Virus record (IMG/VR): IMGVR_UViG_3300037861_000279
Span: 1-56,298 of that record
Reading direction: 5' to 3' (one strand)
From: a virus
Lineage: Duplodnaviria; Caudoviricetes
Length of the DNA stretch: 56,298 nt
In this document: positions 46,703 through 55,400 of the stretch, piece by piece
How positions within the stretch are numbered: position 1 is the stretch's first letter
Layout of the letters: each line of letters begins with the position of its first letter
The notes under the pieces: model-generated
What the model was told of the DNA's origin: nothing
What the model saw: the letters and a program-made list of their open reading frames with translations, nothing else
Databases searched by the model: none
Position numbers and translations under genes: made by a program

Positions 46703-47271
46703 TCCCAGAAGACATACTCTCAACTACACCTGTCCCTGCTCCTATCGTCGGAGCAAGGGATTATCCGATAACACCAACACTCGACTTTGAAGATGGTGGG
46801 ATTGGAATTAGTGACCCTTCAGAGGGGTTGAATTACCAAGTGTGGAAAGCTGTTATACAAGATACAAGGAATGTTTATCTCGAGGCAGCAAACACTCCCA
46901 GGTTTATCCTTTATGCCGGTGAGGGAATAACGGAAATAAGTTTTACGTTTGACCAAAACATGCGACCTGTTCTGGTTTTTGTTGAAGAGGGACGTCCTAA
47001 GATGAGGTGGTACGATTCATCGGCTGGGGAACAGGTTGTCACTCTTCTTGATAAGAACATGGTTAACCCCAGGGTATTCCTTGATGACAAGAGAATTTTG
47101 GAGACGGGGAAAAGTGATATCATCCTTGGGTACATCAGGGCTAATAATTTGTATTTCAGGATGCAGAGGGATAGGTTTGGTGTGGAATATTTACTAAAAA
47201 AGAAAATAAATAGCCTGCACAAGATCGGCATGAACAGCCAGTTGCGGCTGCAGTTTATGATTAATCCTTAG
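46699..47271 (+). CDS. Tail protein
   Basis: EDGGIGISDPSEGLNYQVW, FTFDQNMRP, LDDKR, QRDRF; ATGA-coupled. Confidence 0.65.
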   Translation: MIPEDILSTTPVPAPIVGARDYPITPTLDFEDGGIGISDPSEGLNYQVWKAVIQDTRNVYLEAANTPRFILYAGEGITEISFTFDQNMRPVLVFVEEGRPKMRWYDSSAGEQVVTLLDKNMVNPRVFLDDKRILETGKSDIILGYIRANNLYFRMQRDRFGVEYLLKKKINSLHKIGMNSQLRLQFMINP

Positions 47272-47327
47272 GACGTTTTATTTAATAGTGTTAATTTTTA
47301 CACGGGTATACAATAAAGGAGCAGCAA

Positions 47328-47789
47328 ATGGCAAACCAAGTTCCCAATAGTGCAAAAGTGATGTACCGGAAGGGTCAAATTAAGGATTCTGATATGGCGG
47401 GAACTGGTTCCGCCGACACATTTAAAATGATCCTACTGGCCCCAGGTTTCGTCTTTGACAAAGACAATCACAATTCGTATGCCGATGTCATCGCATTTGA
47501 GGTTCCCAATGGCAATGGATATACAACAGGTGGAATAACCCTGACTGGCGTAACATGCGTTGTTGACGACACAGCAGACCAGGCTAAGACCTCTTGGTCA
47601 AACGTTCAGTGGAATGCTTCAGCTGGTAGTATCTCTGCCTCTGGAGCGATTATCTTTGACGATACCACCGATGGCGTAACATCTGACTATGCGGATGCAA
47701 TCATCAGCTATAAAGATGCCTTGGGAACTATCACTGCAACCGATGGAACTCCGATAATTTTTAGCTCAATAAAAGAGACTTTTAGCTAA
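47328..47789 (+). CDS. Structural/tail protein
   Basis: DTFKMILL...EV.NGNGYTTGG.TL...GAIIFDDT pattern. Confidence 0.65.
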   Translation: MANQVPNSAKVMYRKGQIKDSDMAGTGSADTFKMILLAPGFVFDKDNHNSYADVIAFEVPNGNGYTTGGITLTGVTCVVDDTADQAKTSWSNVQWNASAGSISASGAIIFDDTTDGVTSDYADAIISYKDALGTITATDGTPIIFSSIKETFS

Positions 47790-48862
47790 TGGCCGAATTA
47801 ACGCTCAACACTTCTAATGTGATAGTGAGATCCCAGGGGATAGTAAGTATATTCCCTGGTGCTCCTTTAGACTATGACAAGCTGATCACCATCAAATGGT
47901 ATGGTGACGGTGATGATGTGGTCTCGGGCTCAGAAGGCTCATTCAATCCCAATAAATCAGACAACACAACTCACATGGTTGCAGCCTCAGAGGGCTTCTA
48001 TGTAGAGTATATATTGCACGATCTCGCTCCAACCAACATGACAGCAGATAGTTATGGTGAGATGTGGATCGATGCCAACAAGTCAAATTGGATTGCCTGG
48101 TCTGATATTGGAAGTCTTGATTTCACGATTAAAAGGTCCAATGTCGCAGGCAACATGCCTCTCGATTGGAAGGGCTTTGTCCACAATATTCAAAAGCTGG
48201 AGAGTAAGGTTATTGCCTACGGGACCAAGGGCGTTTCTATCCTTACCCCTGCAGGGAAAGCCTACGGGTTGAACACAATACACAAGGTAGGGTTAAAGGG
48301 CAGAGACTCTTTTGCCGGCAACGACTCTGTACATTATTTCATTGATAGTCTCGGGTGCATGTACAGCCTGTCGGATAAACTCAAGAAGCTTGATTACAGG
48401 GAATACTTTTCCCTTATGACTAATCCGGTCATGACCTTCGACGAGGAACAAAACCTCTTGTATATTTGTGATGGCGCCATTGGTTACATCTATTCGCCTG
48501 AATCAAAAAGCCTGGGAGCAGGCCCAGTGAATGTAACAGGGACATCCTCATCCTCTGGGATGATTACGGTACCAACGTTTGAGATATGTACAGACATTTA
48601 TGACTTCGGAACCAGGCGGATGAAGACTATCTACCAGTTTGAACTTGGAACAGATGTCACTGGCATCCTGTCTGCAGCTCTGGATTACAGGGAAGAAAAA
48701 TCTTCTCCATTCACCACCACACCGTGGGAGAAGGTAAAAGGTCGGGCAACTGCCAAAATAATCCGGAAAGGGGTTGAATTCAGGTTCAGGGCAAGGCTCG
48801 GTTCGTATGAAGATATGGAGCTGGATAATCTTACAATTGACGGTGACATTCACGTTCACTAG
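47789..48862 (+). CDS. Tail nozzle/stabilisation protein, C-terminal part
   Basis: IAWSDIGSLDF, VIAYG, HYFID propeller blades; terminal GVEFRFR strand. Confidence 0.55.
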   Translation: MAELTLNTSNVIVRSQGIVSIFPGAPLDYDKLITIKWYGDGDDVVSGSEGSFNPNKSDNTTHMVAASEGFYVEYILHDLAPTNMTADSYGEMWIDANKSNWIAWSDIGSLDFTIKRSNVAGNMPLDWKGFVHNIQKLESKVIAYGTKGVSILTPAGKAYGLNTIHKVGLKGRDSFAGNDSVHYFIDSLGCMYSLSDKLKKLDYREYFSLMTNPVMTFDEEQNLLYICDGAIGYIYSPESKSLGAGPVNVTGTSSSSGMITVPTFEICTDIYDFGTRRMKTIYQFELGTDVTGILSAALDYREEKSSPFTTTPWEKVKGRATAKIIRKGVEFRFRARLGSYEDMELDNLTIDGDIHVH

Positions 48863-48871
48863 GGAGAAGGC

Positions 48872-49204
48872 ATGGATCAAGAAGTTAAAGACTACATCGA
48901 CACAAAAATTGAAGGGCTCTACTTGTCACTGACAGAAATAGTCGGGAATGCAATGGCTCACCAGGCCTTTTGCAACAAGGTCAATTCCAAATTTTATAAA
49001 GACTACCCCGAGTTCAAAGACAAAAAAGAAATTGTGGCCTCTGTCGTTGAGATGATGGACGGAAAAGACCCAGGATCTGAGTACGATAAAATTCTGGAAT
49101 TAGCAGTTCCAAAGATCAGAGAGCGCATTGCGATGACCCAGGGAATGAACATGACCTCTGTCGATCCTCCAAAGAACAGGGACTTCGGGAATGGTGCGCT
49201 ATAA
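48872..49204 (+). CDS. Hypothetical helical protein
   Basis: GGAG RBS; FYKDYPEF motif. Confidence 0.6.
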   Translation: MDQEVKDYIDTKIEGLYLSLTEIVGNAMAHQAFCNKVNSKFYKDYPEFKDKKEIVASVVEMMDGKDPGSEYDKILELAVPKIRERIAMTQGMNMTSVDPPKNRDFGNGAL

Positions 49205-49641
49205 TGTTTATCGAACTGATACAAAAGCAGATCCCTGTTTTCTGGGACACCATTAAGTATGCCTGCGTAAATGCGAACGTTTTGCACAAGGACAATTATC
49301 TTCCTTACTTCAATGAGCTCCTTCATGCCCTGCTATCAAGCAAGGCCCAGTGCTTTGTCCGTCTTGATGAGAACAGGGTTATTATTGGGGTTTTAGTTAC
49401 TCGTATAAAAGGCAACAAAGTTACCGGAGAAAAAGAACTCCTCCTTGAGAGCGCATACTCGTTTAAGCCAGAACCACAGGAAACCTGGCAGAGAGACTTT
49501 GATGTTGTTCTGAAGCTGGCGTTAAAGCGAGGCTGCACCAAACTCACCTTTGTAACAAACAATCCAAAGCTCGCCAGTCTCGGCCTGAGTGTTGGGTGTA
49601 AAGAAGTTTCTAGATCGTATGAATATCCGATAGGAGGTTGA
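49204..49641 (+). CDS. Degenerate GNAT-like virion assembly protein
   Basis: GVLVTR...LALKRGCTKLTF...GC; at the usual position upstream of the ejection genes. Confidence 0.55.
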   Translation: MFIELIQKQIPVFWDTIKYACVNANVLHKDNYLPYFNELLHALLSSKAQCFVRLDENRVIIGVLVTRIKGNKVTGEKELLLESAYSFKPEPQETWQRDFDVVLKLALKRGCTKLTFVTNNPKLASLGLSVGCKEVSRSYEYPIGG

Positions 49642-49642
49642 C

Positions 49643-50563
49643 ATGGGTGGAGGTGGTGGCGGTGGTGGTGACAGTGAAACAACGATACGATACGCAAGTT
49701 ATATCGAAACTAATCATAAAGCTTTCCTGAATGAGACCCAGGCCCAAAGAATAAAAGCTGTGGCGGCTGATCCTTTTGCAGGGTATTCCGACATCGAAGT
49801 AGACAGTGCGTTTTTTGGTGCAGGTTATGCCATCACCAGCTTTCCGTCCCTGTACGATATGTATGGGAAGTTCATGGCTGGGTTGGACATTGATGCCCTC
49901 TACACCCAGGTTCTAGATCACGTTGTCAACAACCCTGTCGTCGGGGATCTAGTCGGAGCAGAGGCAGCACTGATGCAGGATGACATCGAGGCGAACTCAT
50001 ACCCGAGGCTGGAGCTGGGGGCAAGAGACCTGAACTCCTCCAATGGCAGCACTATGCTCGTTGCGAAGGCTCTTGTCGAGGACGCAAAGGTAAAGTCTCT
50101 TTCTAAATTCAGCGCACAACTTAAATACAACCTAATCCCAGTTGCCCAAGGGGTTTGGCAGACACACCTCGAGTGGAATAAAGGCGTGGTCGGGATGTAC
50201 TCTGAGATCATGAAGTTCTACTTCTCCTCAAAAGCAGATATCGACGAAATCAATTACGCAATGGCGGCTAAAAGTGCATTATGGCCATTCACAGTGTTGG
50301 ATTTCGAGCGAGCAGCTCTCGGGGCCTTGCAAGGTGCAACCGTCCAAAAGACTGATGTTGCTGGTGCTTCTACCGCATCAAGGGTTTTAAGTGGGGCCTT
50401 GAGTGGAGCAGCAATGGGGGCAATGGTAGGGAACCAGATAGCTCCAGCTGTTACAGCAGGTTCTGCAGCCGCCCAGGGTGGTGCAGCCGTGTCAGCTGGT
50501 GGTGCAGGTTGGGGTGCGGCAGGCGGAGCAGTCCTTGGAATTGGAGCCGCCTTAACCTATTGA
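49643..50563 (+). CDS. Ejection/internal virion protein A
   Basis: MGGGG start; C-terminal Gly/Ala zipper. Confidence 0.7.
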   Translation: MGGGGGGGGDSETTIRYASYIETNHKAFLNETQAQRIKAVAADPFAGYSDIEVDSAFFGAGYAITSFPSLYDMYGKFMAGLDIDALYTQVLDHVVNNPVVGDLVGAEAALMQDDIEANSYPRLELGARDLNSSNGSTMLVAKALVEDAKVKSLSKFSAQLKYNLIPVAQGVWQTHLEWNKGVVGMYSEIMKFYFSSKADIDEINYAMAAKSALWPFTVLDFERAALGALQGATVQKTDVAGASTASRVLSGALSGAAMGAMVGNQIAPAVTAGSAAAQGGAAVSAGGAGWGAAGGAVLGIGAALTY

Positions 50564-50578
50564 TATACCTGGAGAAAC

Positions 50579-51433
50579 ATGGGTGGAAGCAGCAGTAGCT
50601 CAGATTCTGAAGACACGGTAAGGTTTGCCTCGTATATCGAGAGCAAACACAAATCTGCTATCCAAGAGGCCGTTACCACAAGAGAAAAGATTATAGAGCA
50701 TTCTCCCTATGCCGGATATTCATCGTTGTCTGCTGACGATGCGTTTTTCGGCATAGGTTTTATGGTGAGCAGCTTCCCCTCCCTTTATGACACTTTCGGG
50801 AAAAATCTTGCTGGACTAGATATCGACTCATTGTTCACAAGTGCCGTCTCCGCAAAGATGTCTGACTCCGAAGATGTCCTTAGGTCAGAACTTGCTCTCA
50901 TTGACGATTCTATTGAGCAGATGCAGGAACATAAGCTTTCTGCTAGAGATCTTAACGCAACAAACGGAAGCACTTTTTTAATGGGCAGTGCAACCATTGA
51001 ACAGAACAGGATAACCAAGACAACCGACTTCCGGATTGCCATTAGGTATGGCCTGATTGCTGGGGTTGTTTCTTCATGGACCGGTACGTTGAGCTGGAAT
51101 GAAGATTTGGTTAAAAGATATGCTCAGAGTTTAAGAGATTATTACCTCTGTCGAGTTAATGCAGATGATTTTGGCTACAAGACTGAATCTAACGATACTC
51201 TTTGGCCCATAACTGTCCTCGACTTTGAGAGGAATATGCTCGCAGCAATGACAGGTTCTAGGGCATCAAAGGCAATGACCGAGAAAGAACGGTCTAATAT
51301 TTCCAAGGCCTTCCTGGTAGCAAGCCATACGGCAACTGGAGCACAGGTTGGCTCTATGTTTGGCCCATATGGTACAATCGTTGGTGGAGCTGTAGGTTTC
51401 GTGGTAGGTATGGCAGTAATGTTACTAGAATAG
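50579..51433 (+). CDS. Ejection/internal virion protein A' (paralogue of the previous gene)
   Basis: Shared blocks ASYIE, SFPSLYD, AGLDID, ARDLN, LWP.TVLDFER; C-terminal Gly zipper. Confidence 0.75.
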   Translation: MGGSSSSSDSEDTVRFASYIESKHKSAIQEAVTTREKIIEHSPYAGYSSLSADDAFFGIGFMVSSFPSLYDTFGKNLAGLDIDSLFTSAVSAKMSDSEDVLRSELALIDDSIEQMQEHKLSARDLNATNGSTFLMGSATIEQNRITKTTDFRIAIRYGLIAGVVSSWTGTLSWNEDLVKRYAQSLRDYYLCRVNADDFGYKTESNDTLWPITVLDFERNMLAAMTGSRASKAMTEKERSNISKAFLVASHTATGAQVGSMFGPYGTIVGGAVGFVVGMAVMLLE

Positions 51434-51445
51434 GAGACAAAAACG

Positions 51446-52474
51446 ATGGCATCGGTAGAAAGAAGTTCAGCATTAAGAAGACTGTCTGGAACAAAGAAAG
51501 GTGTCGATCTTTCCCTCCCGACAGCAGGCGATAACCAACAGCAATTATTGGAGCGTAAATCTGGCCTTCCTCCGGCAACTGAGGAAAAGAAGCCCATGTC
51601 CCTAGACGGCAGTTTGTCTGGACCTGCAGCCGAAGGACCGACTGCCCCTGGAGGCCCGACCGTACCTGATAGGGGTGCAACCGTCCTGGGGATTCCTGTG
51701 AATAAGTTCTCTCAACTGGCTGGAGGTGCTGGCTTTGCATTGAACCCACGTACCCCAATGGGACGACTGGGAGGCTTTGTTTCAAGAGTGGCGAGCCGAG
51801 AACTTGCCAAGGAAGACCGGAACGTAATCAGGACCGAAGACCGAGCCAACAAACTCGAGGACAGAACGGCCAAGTGGGCTCACGAAGAAGAGGTCAGTGA
51901 TGAAAGGGTTGCAGCTGAAGAAGTACGATATAAGCGAAGGCAGGATGAGAGTGAGACACAGTACCAACGGAGACTCGAAAACACTGAGCTTGGCATGTAC
52001 AAAAATGATCCAGAGGGATACGAAAAGTTCAAACAAGCTGGCAGAGCAGACAAGACAACCTCTCTTCTGACTAATTTTCAAGCTGCCAAGGCGGATGGAT
52101 ATCAGGGATCACTGTCAGACTGGAAGGCCGTTGGCAAGGAAGGTTCCAAAGACGCAGACCCTATGAAAGCCGCAACGACCACGCTCAGTAGGTACAAAGG
52201 TGCTATTAATGATGAGGGTGGTAATGTCAGGCCTATGGACAACTTGAAGAAGTTAGCCACCTCTGGAGATAGGGTGGCGATGACTGAGTATATCGACGTA
52301 GCACAGGCTTTTAATATCCTGCCAGAAGGCACATTGAGACCTGTTCAAAACAACGTCACCAAGGAAAAGCTCTTCTTCAATGAAGAGTCAAACTCCTATT
52401 ATGACATTAATGGGAAGCAGGTCAAAGTGGCCAAGGCTAAAACAAAACAACCAGCTGACATGAAGGCACATTAA
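51446..52474 (+). CDS. Ejection/internal virion protein B
   Basis: Low-complexity N-terminus, Gly-rich hydrophobic patch, charged coiled coil; precedes the giant gene. Confidence 0.6.
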   Translation: MASVERSSALRRLSGTKKGVDLSLPTAGDNQQQLLERKSGLPPATEEKKPMSLDGSLSGPAAEGPTAPGGPTVPDRGATVLGIPVNKFSQLAGGAGFALNPRTPMGRLGGFVSRVASRELAKEDRNVIRTEDRANKLEDRTAKWAHEEEVSDERVAAEEVRYKRRQDESETQYQRRLENTELGMYKNDPEGYEKFKQAGRADKTTSLLTNFQAAKADGYQGSLSDWKAVGKEGSKDADPMKAATTTLSRYKGAINDEGGNVRPMDNLKKLATSGDRVAMTEYIDVAQAFNILPEGTLRPVQNNVTKEKLFFNEESNSYYDINGKQVKVAKAKTKQPADMKAH

Positions 52475-55400
52475 ATGGCACTTAAACAAGGATTCACCGA
52501 TGGTTGGGCTACCGATGAAGATGTCGAGACTGCTGAGTTAAGCAAACAGACTGCTGATGTCAGCAAACAGACCGATGATACTCTTTCTTCCGACTTCTCT
52601 GACGGGTGGTCTACAGCTGAACCTGTTGCAGAACCTGAACTGGAGACCGGAACAAAGCCCGAGGATTATAGTAGATCTCTGGCCGTTGGTTTAAACAGAT
52701 TTGGTCAAACCATTGGCCGAGCTATCGATGTCGTCGGTAATGTTGATCCGACAGGTGTCTTGGACAAGGTCGGGCAGGATGTGGAATCCTTCTATAAGAA
52801 AGAGGCAGAAGAGGACCAGGCAGCACTGTCTCCCGCAATGCAAGCGGCACAGGAGTTGAAGTACACCACCGATGTCGAGGAGTCATGGAAAGAGGCGCCA
52901 CTCAAAAACTTCATGAGTATTTTCCAAGGCGATGCCTGGAAGAGTCCCGAGAAGGTGGCTGGCAGTTTGCTGCAGTCAGCACCTAGTACCATCGTCGGTA
53001 TGGGAACCGGTATGGGTATCACTCAGGGCTTGATTAAAGAGAGCGCCAAGTTGGTGGCAGACAAGCTGATCAAGAAGGGCATCTCTAGTGGCCTGGCTGG
53101 TGTAATCGGTGGTTTCATTGGAGAGGGTGGAACTGCATCTATCGAGACTGGAAAAGATGTGTACGACTTGGTCATCACCGCACCATTGGAGGTTATCTCC
53201 AAAACTCCTGAATATCAAAAAGCATACGAAGCACTCTCCGGTGAGAAATTAACTGAGAAAGAAAAAGAAAAGCAAGCCAGAGAACTTGTAGCTGACCATG
53301 CCGCCATGAAATCGATGGCAAAGGTGTTTGCTGCGACAGGAATGCTCGGGAGTGTCTCCGGCCATTACATGGGTAAACTCATTGGTGGTGAGGCAACCGG
53401 AGGTGTAGCCAAGAAGGTATTGATCGGTGCCGGAACTGAGGGACTGCAGGAAACACCACAGAGCGGGTTCGAAATAGTCGAGCAGAACTTACAAAAGAAA
53501 AAATTCGTCAACCCAGAGCAAGACATCTGGGAGGGAGTCAAGGAGGGATCTGTCGAGGGTGGTGTTCAAGGAATGGCCATGGGCGGAGGTATGGCAAGTA
53601 TCCCTGCCGTTCTAAGCAGAGGTGGAGTTCAGGAAGAAAAGCGCATCGACAACTCTGCCCTCACAACCCTCAAGGAGGGTGGCCACATCATCTCAGATGA
53701 CTCTGCAGCCGGCGTGGACATCCTCGGGGGTTTCGGATTCGTTAATCAGCCTCTTGATACGGTTATAGAATCCCTGGCCGATGCCCCGATAGAGGTCTTG
53801 ATGGAAAGACTCACTGACGATGTTCTTTCCTCAGAGCATTTCCAGAACATTATTGGCGAGCTGGAAGAATCTGGCGTGAATGTAGAAGACGATGCCGAAG
53901 TCAAGCAGGCCATAATCGAAAGGGTTATTCCGACAATGCAGATGAGCTTGCAGGTTGGTCTCGCAACCTCCAACATGACAACAGTCCAAAAGAGACAGGT
54001 GATCTCAGACCTGAATAACGCAGAGGATCCCAGTGCCAGGGTTAAGGCCGTTGAACAAATAGAGAAAGCGATTGAGAATAAAAAAGTTGCTCAGTCTTGG
54101 GCGAATACTGCTCTTGATAAGATTGATAAAGGGGCAGAGATTGTCCTCGATCAAAGCTTCATCGACTTCGCAGCACAAGACGAGGGAACCCTATCAAGCT
54201 TACGAGAGGAAAGTGTCGGGAATGCCAATGCCGAATATGCCGGAGAGCTGCAGCGTAAACTGAACAACTTGGAGGCACACAAGAATCCTTCCGATAGTGT
54301 CAAGTCAAACATCATACAGATCAAACACCAGATCGGTCAGCTGGAGGAAGGTCTCAAGCAGAACAGGTTCAATATTCTCAAAGCAAAAGCAGAGGGAACC
54401 CCAGCTGAATCTATTACTGTTGATGGTGTTCAGCAAAAGGTTGATGGTATCGAACCGGAGCTTTTAACCTCTGAAGAGCAAATAGAATATGTCGCTTTAA
54501 AGAAAGAGTTCGGCCAGGAAGCTGCAAAGGCACCAGAGAATCAAATCCCAGCCGGAGAAAGTAAAACTGCCGAGCAGGAATCGACTGACAAAGCAGTTAA
54601 GAAAAAAGAGGACTCCTCATCACCAGGGAGTGCCGAGAGTGATCTTCTCTTGGATATGGCAGAAGAGGCCGAGGCTGTTCAGGAAGGTGAGAACACAAAA
54701 AAACGAAAGGCAGACTTCGAAAAGCTATCTGGAGTTGCCTCCGACAAGGCGAAGGTACCTCTTGCTCCAGCTAAAGGTGCAGTTGTCGATGCTGAACTTA
54801 CAAAAGGGGATCCTGTTTCCACCTCCGAGACAACTCCTCGACAACGCAAGGCCCAGAAGAGATTGGATGAGCTTGCTGAAAAAGCAAAGTCATATACTTT
54901 GACTCCGATGGATATGGTTGAGCGTGACGATCTCAATGATGAACTGAAGTCCGGTGTGAAGTATTCCATCAAGGTTCAGGAAGACAGGACCATAAGCAAG
55001 GAAACCACCTTTAACGAGAACCTCTTTGTGTATCTGGATCCCATTAACTCTTCGCAAATGGAAGAGAGGATGGGTAGAGAAAAACTACTGAAACGACATT
55101 CACACGACAATATAGAACACACTTCATCACAATTTGGTGGCTGGAGGGTTTTGTATAAAAACGACAACGGTGACATCGTAGGCTCAATACAAGGTGTGAA
55201 AAATCCGAACAGTGGAGAGGTTATTGTCTCCAATGCCTATGTTCGTCCAGACTTTAGAAGGAAGGGTATCGGAAAAACCCTGATGGAAGAGGCTGAAAAA
55301 AGGTTCAAGAACATAACTCTCAGCGGGGATAATTCAATAACGGGTGCGGCACTGGTGGATAGTGTTGTCAATAAAGAGCAGTATTCCGTGGAGGACTCCA

